From: Bacteroidota bacterium
Lineage (GTDB): Bacteria; Bacteroidota; Ignavibacteria; Palsa-1295
Direction of reading: 5' to 3'
DNA: 64,000 nt
NCBI GenBank assembly: GCA_018266755.1
Contig: JAFDZW010000005.1
Location: 967,233 to 1,031,232, forward strand
Numbering within the stretch: position 1 is the first letter of the stretch; each line of letters opens with the position of its first letter. This document shows positions 19,560 to 29,039 of the stretch, one piece after another. A model generated the notes under the pieces. That model worked only from the letters and a program-made list of their open reading frames with translations. It ran no database searches and was not told where the DNA came from. The position numbers and the translations under genes were made by a program.

Positions 19560-20387
19560 ATGTTGCAGATCCTGATCCCAACGCCCACAGGTGCATCCAT
19601 CGCGATCGGTGGGGGCACCGAACGCTTCCCTGTGATTGCCGGACCATGCGTCGTCGAGTCGTACGACGTGCTCTCGGCGGTCGCCGAGAAGCTCGCGGCG
19701 ATCCAAACGAAGCTCCCCGTCGATTTTATTTTCAAATCGTCCTACCGCAAGGCCAACCGCACCAGCGGCTTGAGCTTTACAGGGATCGGCGACGTTGCCG
19801 CACTCGGTTTGCTGGAGCAGATCAAGAAGACCTACGGCTTCCCGATCCTGACCGACGTGCATCTGCCCGACGAGGCCGCGCTCGCGGCGCAAGTCGCCGA
19901 TGTGCTGCAGATCCCCGCATTCCTCGCGCGGCAATCCGATCTGCTCGAAGCTGCGGCAGCAACCGCGAAGATCATTAATATCAAGAAGGGACAGTTCATG
20001 TCGCCCGAAGATATGAAGTTTGCGCGCGAAAAAGTGGTGGCCGCAGGGAATCCGAATGTCACAGTAACCGAGCGTGGAACGACATTTGGATATGGCGATC
20101 TTATCGTCGATTTTCGTTCGCTCCCCGTCATGCGCGAGTTCGGCTCGCCGGTGATCTTCGACGCGACGCATAGTGTGCAGCGCCCCAGCCAACACGGCAA
20201 GTCGGGCGGCGCACGCGAATTTATTCCGCCGCTGGCACGTGCAGCCATGGCCGTCGGCATCGACGGGATGTTTATCGAGACGCATCCGAACCCGGCCGAA
20301 GCCAAGAGCGATGCCGCGACGCAGTTGCCGCTCGGCGAGTTGGAAGGATTGCTTACTTCGCTGATCTCGATCCGAAATGCACTGTGA
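19560..20387 (+). CDS. kdsA: 3-deoxy-8-phosphooctulonate (KDO8P) synthase
   Basis: 'FPVIAGPCVVES', 'FIFKSSYRKANRTS' and 'FDATHSVQ' match the KdsA/DAHP-synthase family. Start trimmed from ORF 19425..20387. Confidence 0.85.
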   Translation: MLQILIPTPTGASIAIGGGTERFPVIAGPCVVESYDVLSAVAEKLAAIQTKLPVDFIFKSSYRKANRTSGLSFTGIGDVAALGLLEQIKKTYGFPILTDVHLPDEAALAAQVADVLQIPAFLARQSDLLEAAAATAKIINIKKGQFMSPEDMKFAREKVVAAGNPNVTVTERGTTFGYGDLIVDFRSLPVMREFGSPVIFDATHSVQRPSQHGKSGGAREFIPPLARAAMAVGIDGMFIETHPNPAEAKSDAATQLPLGELEGLLTSLISIRNAL

Positions 20388-20471
20388 TACCGTAGGGGCG
20401 ATGCTTGCGTCGCCCGCGCTTTCGTACACCACCGACCACGGGCGATGTATTACTCTACTCAATAATAGATC

Positions 20472-21224
20472 GTGATACACTTTCCGCGCTCGCTCACGAC
20501 TGCCGAACTCGAGTTCGTTCGTTGGATTCTTCCAGCCGAATGCGAAACCTATCGCCTTGCGCTCGAACGAATCGAGAACGATATCATTGTCGGCGAAGGC
20601 CGATGGGGACACGGCGATTTGATGATGGGCAACCAGGGCGCCGAACTCGACCTCTCGCTCGGTATGGCGCCGGTCGTTGCGTACGGCGAATGCCACACGC
20701 GCGGTGGCGGTTCGATCTCGATCAGCGTGCACGATCCGAATCCGGACAATCTGATCGAGGTGCAATTCAGCGGCCAGTGGCCGATCCCGGACGACATTGA
20801 AGTAACTTCGGGCTGGACGTATTCGTACTGGAAACCCGGCATGCCGTGCCCGGCGACTGGTGAAATAGTACGCGAGGTCGTGCTGACCGACTCGAATCTG
20901 CATCCGCTCTATACGCTTGCGATCTCGACAGCCAAGCATGTTGTATGGCTGCATCACCATACGACTGGGTTCAATCAAATGATCGCTGTCACCGGTTTTG
21001 CCGACGAAGTGTTCCGCACGCATCAGATCCGGGATGCAAAACTCGTAACGCAGCCTGCGAAAATGTTCGAAACGCTTGCGGAATATTCCGACAGCGATTT
21101 GCGGCATGCGCTCTTAGAACAGAATTCGATTGCGAGCCGTAAATTTGATGCGGGCAAGATCGCGCTTCCGCCCGAGCGGGTGAAGCCGTCGATCATCGGA
21201 AAGTTATTCACCCGGCACAAGTAG
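20472..21224 (+). CDS. hypothetical protein, sits between kdsA and kdsD
   Basis: 250-aa ORF on the coding strand with no KdsB or KdsC motifs. Confidence 0.45.
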   Translation: MIHFPRSLTTAELEFVRWILPAECETYRLALERIENDIIVGEGRWGHGDLMMGNQGAELDLSLGMAPVVAYGECHTRGGGSISISVHDPNPDNLIEVQFSGQWPIPDDIEVTSGWTYSYWKPGMPCPATGEIVREVVLTDSNLHPLYTLAISTAKHVVWLHHHTTGFNQMIAVTGFADEVFRTHQIRDAKLVTQPAKMFETLAEYSDSDLRHALLEQNSIASRKFDAGKIALPPERVKPSIIGKLFTRHK

Positions 21225-21261
21225 CATCGCGCCACGCCGGGGCTACACGAATACTATTACA

Positions 21262-22269
21262 GTGCATACAGAGCGTACCCGATCGTTATTCGAATCTGCG
21301 AAACGCACATTCCGCATCGAGTCCGAGACCATCGCGCAAACGATGGCATCGCTCGACGAACTCGATTTCGCACGCGCATGCGAGCTGATGCTTGCCTGTA
21401 GCGGCCGTGTGGTGGTCAGCGGCATGGGCAAATCGGGCCATATCGCCCGCAAGATCGCCTCGACGCTCACTTCGACCGGCACGCCTGCCATCTTCTTGCA
21501 TCCGGCGGAAGCGTCGCACGGCGACATCGGCCTCTTGCAGCGCGGCGATATATTGCTTATGCTCTCGAAGAGCGGCGAGTCCGACGAGCTGGCGCCCGTC
21601 CTCTCGGCGGCGAACGAACGGCAGGTTCCGATCATCGCGATCACTTCGAATGCACGTTCGCAGCTTGCAAAGGCCGCACGCGACGGCGGCGGTGCGACAC
21701 TCTTCGCCATCGTCAAAGAAGAAGCGTGCCCGCACGATCTGGCGCCGACATCGTCAACAACGGCGCAGCTTGTCATCGGCGATGCAATCGCCGTTGCGTT
21801 GCTCGAGGCGCGCAATTTCACGAGCGACGACTTCGCACGATTGCATCCCGGCGGCGCACTCGGCCGCAGACTGACGATGACTGTGCGCGATCTGATGTCG
21901 AGCGGCGCGGACATTCCGATCGTTACTCGCGAGACGCCGCTGCCGGCCGTCATGCTCGAAATCTCCGGCAAGAGATTAGGAGCCGCATGTGTCGTCGACC
22001 GTACGAACTCGCTCGTCGGCATTGTCACCGATGGCGACTTGCGGCGATTCTTCCAGCGGCAGGAACTGGTCGATGTGCGCACCGTGACCGCAGGCGACCT
22101 CATGAGCCAGACGCCGAAAACTACGTCTGCCGATACACTCGCCATCGAAGCGCTCCACCACATGGAAGACCCGTCGCCGAAAGTGATGCAGCTTCCGGTG
22201 CTCGATGAACATGGGCATGTCGTGGGGCTCATTCATCTGCATGAAATCGTCAGAGTCGGGATCGCGTGA
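21262..22269 (+). CDS. kdsD: arabinose-5-phosphate isomerase (SIS + tandem CBS domains), KdsD/KpsF
   Basis: 'VVVSGMGKSGHIARKIASTLTSTGTPA' SIS motif, then 'VTDGDLRR' in the CBS pair. Confidence 0.85.
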   Translation: MHTERTRSLFESAKRTFRIESETIAQTMASLDELDFARACELMLACSGRVVVSGMGKSGHIARKIASTLTSTGTPAIFLHPAEASHGDIGLLQRGDILLMLSKSGESDELAPVLSAANERQVPIIAITSNARSQLAKAARDGGGATLFAIVKEEACPHDLAPTSSTTAQLVIGDAIAVALLEARNFTSDDFARLHPGGALGRRLTMTVRDLMSSGADIPIVTRETPLPAVMLEISGKRLGAACVVDRTNSLVGIVTDGDLRRFFQRQELVDVRTVTAGDLMSQTPKTTSADTLAIEALHHMEDPSPKVMQLPVLDEHGHVVGLIHLHEIVRVGIA

Positions 22270-22991
22270 ACACTGTGCACACAGAGTGTCAGCCTGAATC
22301 TAAGGCTGAGAATTCGTTGAGACCCACCTCACGGGTTGCAATGCGCCGCTACACATGCTTCGGGCGGCTGCCGATGGCAATTTCTCTGGGAATCTCATGC
22401 CGCTTATGCGTTCTGGCAATGATCGTGCTCTTATTCTCTTGCACCAGCGGCGAAGTCACACCGCCGAAATCCGCAACGATCGCCGAACAGGAAGGCCCGA
22501 CACAAATCGGCACCGATACACGCGTGACATTTTCGAGCGACGGCAAAGTTCGTGCAGTGCTCAATGCCAAAGGCGTTCGCATCTGGGAGCGCCAACGCTA
22601 CACGAAGCTCGATTCGTCGGTACGCGTCGATTTCTTCGATAAAGAGAACAAACGTTCGAGCGTGCTTACCTCTCGTCGCGCGTTTATCAACGACAACACG
22701 AAGAATATGACGGCATACGATTCCGTCAAGATCACGAGCGATTCCGGCACCGTGGTTATCACCGACTCGTTGCTTTGGGATAATCAAACCCATGAGATCC
22801 GCTCCGACGCATTCGTGCGCATCACGGAAAAGAACGGCCGTGTCACCAACGGCCACGGCTTCGTCAGCGACCAGGACATGACGAACTACCACATCCTCCG
22901 CCCCATCATCGACGCTCCGGCCTCGGCCTACCAAAACCCGAACGCCCAGGCCCCACTCTCGACACCGATCAAGCCTGGCTTTGGAAACTGA
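22266..22991 (+). CDS. LptC-like / OstA-like lipoprotein (probable LPS export component). Likely start at 22341 or 22374
   Basis: Immediately follows kdsD, as in the kdsD-(kdsC)-lptC arrangement. Lipoprotein signal '...MIVLLFSC'. The beta-rich ~180-aa body fits LptC by size and context only. Confidence 0.35.
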   Translation: MNTVHTECQPESKAENSLRPTSRVAMRRYTCFGRLPMAISLGISCRLCVLAMIVLLFSCTSGEVTPPKSATIAEQEGPTQIGTDTRVTFSSDGKVRAVLNAKGVRIWERQRYTKLDSSVRVDFFDKENKRSSVLTSRRAFINDNTKNMTAYDSVKITSDSGTVVITDSLLWDNQTHEIRSDAFVRITEKNGRVTNGHGFVSDQDMTNYHILRPIIDAPASAYQNPNAQAPLSTPIKPGFGN

Positions 22992-23013
22992 GCAGAACGT
23001 GGGGAGAATGTTA

Positions 23014-23094
23014 AATGTAAAATGTAAGATGTAAAATGTAAAATTGGAATGCAGTATCGCTTAATTTTACATTTTACATCTTACATTTTACATT
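23014..23094. repeat. perfect 32-bp inverted repeat (arms 23014..23045 and 23063..23094, 17-nt spacer). AT-rich, built from ATGTAAA direct repeats
   Basis: Read directly: 'aatgtaaaatgtaagatgtaaaatgtaaaatt' and its exact reverse complement. Lies between the lptC-like gene and the helicase gene. Confidence 0.8.
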
Positions 23095-23172
23095 CTGCAC
23101 GCCACATTCCGTATTTTACATTCGAATTTCCTGCCACATTCCGGACTCAATTCGTGTTAGATTCGCCCCCAA

Positions 23173-25488
23173 ATGCAATCGAAACTTCTTACCGGACTGA
23201 ACCCTGCGCAGGCGGCCGCTGTCAGCGGCTCCGACGGACCGACGATGGTTGTCGCCGGCGCCGGCTCGGGCAAAACGCGCGTCCTGACGCATCGCATCGC
23301 CTACTTGCTCGAGCGCGGCATTCGTCCGTGGGAAATTCTTTCGCTGACCTTTACTAACAAGGCCGCCGGCGAAATGAAGGAGCGCATCGCGCATCTGGTC
23401 GGCGCAGACCTGACGGCCGATTTGTGGATGGGTACGTTCCATTCGGTCTTCGCCCGAATTCTCCGTCGTCATGCCGAACTACTCGGCTACACCCAAAGTT
23501 TTTCGATCTACGACACCGACGATACGCTTGCGCTGATCAAGCGTACAATGGAGCGGCTCAATATTCCGCGCGATCAGTTCAATCCCAACGCCGTCCGAAG
23601 CCGCATTTCGTCGCTGAAGAACAATCTCATCCGCCCCGAAGAGTTTTCGCTGATGGCGCATGACTTCTTCAGCGAGAAAATCGCGGAAATATATCCGGAG
23701 TATATCAAAGGACTCAAGGAATCGAACGCGATGGACTTCGACGATCTGCTTGTAAAGACGATCGAGCTCTTCGTCCATCATCCCGAAGCGCTCGAGATGT
23801 ACAAGCGTCGCTTTCGCTATGTGCTTGTCGACGAGTATCAGGATACCAACCGGGCGCAGTACATGGTCATCAAGCTGCTCGCCGACGAACACCGCAATCT
23901 GACGGTCGTCGGCGACGATGCCCAGTCGATCTACGCGTTTCGCGGCGCCGACATCAAGAATATTCTCGACTTCGAGAAAGATTATCCCGACGTCAAGACG
24001 TTTCGTCTGGAACAGAATTACCGTTCGACCGGCAACATCCTCGCCACTGCCGATACGCTGATCAAGCACAACAAGAAACAGATCGCGAAGACGCTCTTTA
24101 CCGATAATCCGAAGGGCGACCCGGTTCGGGTGGTCGAATGCTCGGACGAACGCGAAGAAGGGGCGTTCATCGTTCGCTCGATCGAAGACGAGATCCGCAA
24201 AGAACGCTACGGGCTCAACCAGTTTGCGGTGCTCTACCGCACCAACGCACAAAGCCGCGCACTCGAAGATGCATTCCGCCGACAGGGCATCCCGTACATC
24301 ATTATCGGCGGCGTCGCGTTCTACAAGCGAAAAGAAATCAAAGATGCGCTCGCATACATTCGCCTGCTTGTCAATCCGGCAGATAACGAATCGGTGGTGC
24401 GCGTCATCAACTTTCCCGCGCGCGGCATCGGCGAGACCACACTCAAGCGTGTGCTCGAATTCGCCCGCGAGAGCGGTACCTATGTGCTCGATATTCTCGG
24501 TCAGGCAGAACAGATTCCGGGCATCATGCCGCGCCTCGTCGGGAAACTACAGGGTTTTCATAATCTCATCGAGAAGTATCGCAAGGTTCGCAACGAACTC
24601 AGCCCCAGCGAACTGCTCCGTTCGCTCATCGACGAAACGGGCATGCTTGCGGAGCTCAAACTCGAGAACACCCTCGAGTCGCTCGCACGCTATGAGAACT
24701 TGCGCGAATTTCTGTCGGCAATCACCGATCACTTCACCGAAAAGCCCGATGCGACGATCGAGTCCTTCCTCGAAGAGATCTCGCTTGTGAGCGACATCGA
24801 TAATGTGGACGGTTCGAAGAATGCCGTCACGCTCATGACGCTGCATGCGGCCAAAGGACTGGAATTTCCGGTCGTGTTCGTCACAGGCCTCGAAGAAGGG
24901 CTCTTCCCGAATCCGAACACATCGTTCGACGATTTTTCGATCGAAGAAGAGCGCCGTCTGCTCTACGTCGGCATCACGCGCGCGATGAAGAAGTGTTTTC
25001 TGACCTACGCGAAGAACCGGCTGAAATACGGCGAGTATTCCTCCGCAATGGCGTCGCGTTTTCTCGACGAAGTGAGCGAATCCGAAAGCGTCGAACTCAC
25101 GACGAGTTACGGTTCGCACGTCTCGTCGCTTCGCAGCCGCACCACATCGAGCGATACCGATTTCGTCACTAACTCTCCGGTCTTCAACCGTTCGGCGACG
25201 ATCGGCAACCGTACGTTCGGTACGAAGAAATATCCGTCGAAGACCTACGGCTCCTCTCCCGCGTCTCGTTCACCCTATGCGCAGGAGGATGCGCCGAGCG
25301 AGTATTCGCAGGTCGAATCGGACGGTCAGGTACTGCGTCGCGGGGTACGCGTCTCGCACGAGATTTTCGGCGAGGGCCGCGTGATCGAAGTCAGCGGCAA
25401 AGGCGACCAGGCCAAAGCCGTCGTCGATTTCGAAGGCCGAGGCCGAAAGAACCTGATGCTGAAGTTCGCGAAGCTGCGAGTCTTATAA
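23173..25488 (+). CDS. ATP-dependent DNA helicase, UvrD/PcrA/Rep family
   Basis: 'GAGSGKTRVLTHRIAYL' Walker A, 'VLVDEYQDTN' and 'GDDAQSIYAFRGA'. The C-terminal 'GxRVxHxxFGEGxV' UvrD C-terminal domain is present. Confidence 0.9.
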   Translation: MQSKLLTGLNPAQAAAVSGSDGPTMVVAGAGSGKTRVLTHRIAYLLERGIRPWEILSLTFTNKAAGEMKERIAHLVGADLTADLWMGTFHSVFARILRRHAELLGYTQSFSIYDTDDTLALIKRTMERLNIPRDQFNPNAVRSRISSLKNNLIRPEEFSLMAHDFFSEKIAEIYPEYIKGLKESNAMDFDDLLVKTIELFVHHPEALEMYKRRFRYVLVDEYQDTNRAQYMVIKLLADEHRNLTVVGDDAQSIYAFRGADIKNILDFEKDYPDVKTFRLEQNYRSTGNILATADTLIKHNKKQIAKTLFTDNPKGDPVRVVECSDEREEGAFIVRSIEDEIRKERYGLNQFAVLYRTNAQSRALEDAFRRQGIPYIIIGGVAFYKRKEIKDALAYIRLLVNPADNESVVRVINFPARGIGETTLKRVLEFARESGTYVLDILGQAEQIPGIMPRLVGKLQGFHNLIEKYRKVRNELSPSELLRSLIDETGMLAELKLENTLESLARYENLREFLSAITDHFTEKPDATIESFLEEISLVSDIDNVDGSKNAVTLMTLHAAKGLEFPVVFVTGLEEGLFPNPNTSFDDFSIEEERRLLYVGITRAMKKCFLTYAKNRLKYGEYSSAMASRFLDEVSESESVELTTSYGSHVSSLRSRTTSSDTDFVTNSPVFNRSATIGNRTFGTKKYPSKTYGSSPASRSPYAQEDAPSEYSQVESDGQVLRRGVRVSHEIFGEGRVIEVSGKGDQAKAVVDFEGRGRKNLMLKFAKLRVL

Positions 25489-25618
25489 AAGCAAGGGGCG
25501 CCGACTACTGTCGGCGCTACCGGTGGGGTACTCATTCTGATCAACCATCCTGCCTCGTCTCGAACTCTACCGCCGAGCGATTGTTCTGTAGCACTCGGAT
25601 TTATCATCCACCATTGCC

Positions 25619-28432
25619 ATGACGCATTTCGAGGCTCCCCGCTTTCGAACGGTCTCACTGTTGTGTTTCCTTGCGATCTTCGTTGTTGCTATTTCGGGCA
25701 GCCGAGCCCAGACGCTGCCGTTCCCATCGACCGGACAGAATATGGACTTCGAAGACGATTCGCTCATGCACTTCCCCCTTCGCGGGTGGTTCACCCCTGC
25801 AAAAGAGTACATGCCGAATTACGCGGCAACGATCTCGAAGACATCGCCGTCTCACGGGGTGCAGTGTGCGCGGATCGCGAGCGTCGCACCGCCGAACCCG
25901 GGCGAGTTCGGCAACCTGATGCAGACGATCGACGCGAAGCCCTATCGCGGGAAAGTTGTTCGGTTTCGGGCAGCGCTTCGTACCGACGGATCGACAACGT
26001 GTTATGCACGGCTCTGGATGCGCGTTGACCGCAGCAAGCAACGCACCGGGTTCTCCGACAACATGTCCGATCGCCGCGTCAATAGCTCGACGTGGCGCAG
26101 CTACGACATTATCGGACGGGTTGATACCGATGCGGTCGTCATCAATATCGGGTGCATGCTCAATGGCAGCGGCGAAGCATATATCGACGATGCACACTTC
26201 GATATCGTCGAAGCGGATAGCATGCTCTTTGCTCGTCAAGAGGCGAAGCCGCTCACGCCTCGGGGCCTCGAGAACCTCGTCGCGTTCGCAAAATTATACG
26301 GATACGTTCGGTTCTTTCATCCGAGCGACGGTGTTGCCGACGCGAACTGGAATATCATCCCGATCAACGGCGTTCGTGCTGTCGAAGACGCGCCGGACGC
26401 TGCAACACTTGCAACGAGACTGCAAACGTTCTTCGCCCCGGTTGCCCCGTTGCTTCGAGTGTTTGCAAACGAGAAGCCGGCGGCCACTCCACCAGAGCTT
26501 GCACATCCATCGGACACGGATGTTGCCATCGCATGGCTGCATCACGGCGTCCGTCTTCTCGGCGACGGCAACATGTATAATAGCCGCCGCGTATCGGCTG
26601 ACGAATTCACCGGCCGCACGGCGACCGAAGGCGCGTACGGCGGTCTGACCCAGACTGTTAATGCTTCATCGCTGCGCGGACAACATGTCACATATTCGGT
26701 CTATACACATTCGGGCTTCGGAAGTCATGAAGTCCCGGTCGAGTTCGCCATCCGAGTCGCCAGCCACGGCGCATTCAACGAGACACCACTCGAGCATACG
26801 CTCGTCGTGCCATCGCCGCAATGGCAGCGAGTAAGCGTCTCTGCAACGATACCGGTCGATGCAGACAGCATCAGCGTCTCGGCTCGCATCTACGCCGCGA
26901 CGGGCGTATATTACGATGACGAAGCGCTCTGCATCGGCGATAGTGTCACGCCGGAGCATCCGAATCTGTTGCTCAACGGCAGTTTCGAAGAAGGCTGGAA
27001 ACATTGGGACGGCTCGCCGACGAACGATTACGTCGAAGATATTCGTACCGGAGAGCATTTCAGCGGCATGGCCGCCGCGTTCTCGACAGTCTCGCAAGCG
27101 GTGAAGCATACAAGTGCATTCCCGAGCACCACGCCTGCTCGCTATGACCTTGGCGCAGGCGTATCTTGTCTGTTGCCGATCGCATTACCCAAATCGCTGA
27201 CGCATCTTCTGGGCACAGGCGGCCACCGAGCGATCGACACGCTTCGCAGCGGGTACTACCCAAGCGGCAACGACCGTGCGACGCGGCTTGCGGACGTGAT
27301 CACTGCCTGGAACATCATTGAGCACTTCTGGCCGTACTTCGATGTCGTCCATGTAGATTGGATGCACGAACTCCGCGCGGCACTCACGCGCGCCGCGAGC
27401 GATGACGACGATCTGCGCTTCGGTCGCACACTCCGAATAATGATGGCATCGTTGCACGACGGACACGCATGGGTCGGAGATATGGCGCCGCACCGACAAG
27501 CCCCGTTCACGGCCGTCATCGCAGACAGCAGAGTCGTCGTCAATCAACTCGCCGAAGGATATGCGGGTGCGATTCGCGTTGGCGATGTGATCAATAAAGT
27601 AAATGGAGTCCCCATCGCGCAATGGTACGCACGGATCGATAGTCTGACACCCGCCGCCACTCGGACGGCGCATGAATACAAGGTGTATGAGAACCTCTAT
27701 GCTGCGCTCGACGCCGATAGCGTGGTATTGACGATCAGCGACCGAGACAATAAGTATCGCGACATCGCCGAAGTTGTGCCGAGTGTTACGCCGACATTTG
27801 CTCGACCGAAGAAAGAACATATCGGTGAATTGCGCGATGGAATCTGGTATGTCGATCTCGATGCGACAACATCGGACGAGCTTAGCGCAGCGCTCGGCAA
27901 ACTCGAACATGCAAACGCAGTGATCTTCGATCTGCGCGGGTATCCGAATCACATGCTTCGCGAACCGATCTCGCACATGATCTCGACGACTGCACTATCG
28001 CCTCGGATGAGCGTCCCGCTGGTGATGTTGCCCGATCGCGTCGATGCAAAGTGGAGCAATGTCCGATGGCAGATCAAACCGAGTCTGCCCCACCTGACGA
28101 ATATCGTCCATCTGGCCGACGGACGCGCCGTCAGCGCCGCCGAGACGTATCTGAGTATCATCGACGCATACCACATCGGCGAGATTGTCGGCGATACCAC
28201 CGCCGGCACGGACGGGAATATTAATCCATTCACGCTCCCGGGAGAATTCTATGTGTCCTGGACCGGCATGCAAGTGCTCAAGCACGACGGTTCGCAATTA
28301 CATGACGTCGGCATTGCACCGACGGTCGTGTGCAAACCGACACTCCGCGGCATTCGCGATGGAAAAGACGAAGTACTCGAAAAAGGCATCGAAGTAGCCG
28401 AAAAAATGATCGCGCACCAACCGATTCACTGA
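25619..28432 (+). CDS. secreted S41-family peptidase (tail-specific / tricorn-interacting type) with a large N-terminal extension
   Basis: Signal peptide. 'AVIFDLRGYPNHM' and 'GDTTAGTDG' S41 signatures and a PDZ-like 'GDVINKVNGVPI'. Confidence 0.65.
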   Translation: MTHFEAPRFRTVSLLCFLAIFVVAISGSRAQTLPFPSTGQNMDFEDDSLMHFPLRGWFTPAKEYMPNYAATISKTSPSHGVQCARIASVAPPNPGEFGNLMQTIDAKPYRGKVVRFRAALRTDGSTTCYARLWMRVDRSKQRTGFSDNMSDRRVNSSTWRSYDIIGRVDTDAVVINIGCMLNGSGEAYIDDAHFDIVEADSMLFARQEAKPLTPRGLENLVAFAKLYGYVRFFHPSDGVADANWNIIPINGVRAVEDAPDAATLATRLQTFFAPVAPLLRVFANEKPAATPPELAHPSDTDVAIAWLHHGVRLLGDGNMYNSRRVSADEFTGRTATEGAYGGLTQTVNASSLRGQHVTYSVYTHSGFGSHEVPVEFAIRVASHGAFNETPLEHTLVVPSPQWQRVSVSATIPVDADSISVSARIYAATGVYYDDEALCIGDSVTPEHPNLLLNGSFEEGWKHWDGSPTNDYVEDIRTGEHFSGMAAAFSTVSQAVKHTSAFPSTTPARYDLGAGVSCLLPIALPKSLTHLLGTGGHRAIDTLRSGYYPSGNDRATRLADVITAWNIIEHFWPYFDVVHVDWMHELRAALTRAASDDDDLRFGRTLRIMMASLHDGHAWVGDMAPHRQAPFTAVIADSRVVVNQLAEGYAGAIRVGDVINKVNGVPIAQWYARIDSLTPAATRTAHEYKVYENLYAALDADSVVLTISDRDNKYRDIAEVVPSVTPTFARPKKEHIGELRDGIWYVDLDATTSDELSAALGKLEHANAVIFDLRGYPNHMLREPISHMISTTALSPRMSVPLVMLPDRVDAKWSNVRWQIKPSLPHLTNIVHLADGRAVSAAETYLSIIDAYHIGEIVGDTTAGTDGNINPFTLPGEFYVSWTGMQVLKHDGSQLHDVGIAPTVVCKPTLRGIRDGKDEVLEKGIEVAEKMIAHQPIH

Positions 28433-28538
28433 CAACCGACGGATTACATGTGCTCCCAAGTAGTGGAAATACGATAGGTTATCGTAGGGTCTCCCGTTTG
28501 GCACGATAGTTGAGCATATTCATGGTAGTGTTCACAAA

Positions 28539-28961
28539 TTGCACACTCCTATGAAAGCATATCGATTCATAGCGGGAGCAATGATGCTGACATCGCTCCT
28601 TTGTAGTTGTAAGGACACGCACGAGAGGCCGGAAGCGCAGGCCATGGCCGCTGTTGCAAGCGCGCCGGTCGTAGATACGGCGGCAATCCTCGCTGCCGAC
28701 TGGGACCGCTTCAAACTTCAATCCGAACAGCGCATCGCCGAAATCGAGGACAGCTTGTCACTCTATGACATGAAGATTCGCAATGCGACGGCGACGAGCA
28801 GAGCGGCGAGAAACGATGTGCGCGAACGCGTGATCGCCCTACATCGCCGACTCGCTCAGCGTGACGAAGCACAAGGAAGCATGAAACGCGCGGGCGAAGC
28901 GATCACTCGCGGCATCGATACACTCGGACGAAAGGTATCGCACCTCTTCACGAAGGATTAG
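28539..28961 (+). CDS. lipoprotein, hypothetical (likely start MKAYRF at 28554)
   Basis: Lipobox 'LLCSCK', 140 aa. Confidence 0.45.
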   Translation: MHTPMKAYRFIAGAMMLTSLLCSCKDTHERPEAQAMAAVASAPVVDTAAILAADWDRFKLQSEQRIAEIEDSLSLYDMKIRNATATSRAARNDVRERVIALHRRLAQRDEAQGSMKRAGEAITRGIDTLGRKVSHLFTKD

Positions 28962-28995
28962 GAAGTTTCTTCCCCTGTGTACGTAGCCTACCTCA

Positions 28996-29039
28996 TACAC
29001 CTACAGTGGCGCACAGTGTATCGCGCTACTGTAGGTGTA
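28996..29039. terminator. 18-bp imperfect hairpin between convergent genes (candidate bidirectional terminator)
   Basis: 'atacacctacagtggcgc' / 'gcgctactgtaggtgtat' with a 9-nt loop. The right arm overlaps the stop codon of the minus-strand GT9 gene. Confidence 0.4.

Noticed and set aside
19548-21107. 519-aa minus-strand ORF spanning kdsA and the downstream hypothetical gene
   Set aside because: It is antisense to a convincing KdsA reading frame. Its sequence is Arg/Ala-rich and low-complexity, as expected of spurious antisense ORFs in GC-rich DNA
21243-22232. 329-aa minus-strand ORF antisense to kdsD
   Set aside because: The plus strand encodes an unmistakable SIS+CBS KpsF/KdsD. The antisense ORF is Ser/Arg/Ala-rich with no motifs
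23014-23094. Interpreting the 32-bp palindrome as the intrinsic terminator of the upstream operon
   Set aside because: The stem is AT-rich and is not followed by a U-tract on either strand, so a protein-binding or structural role is more plausible
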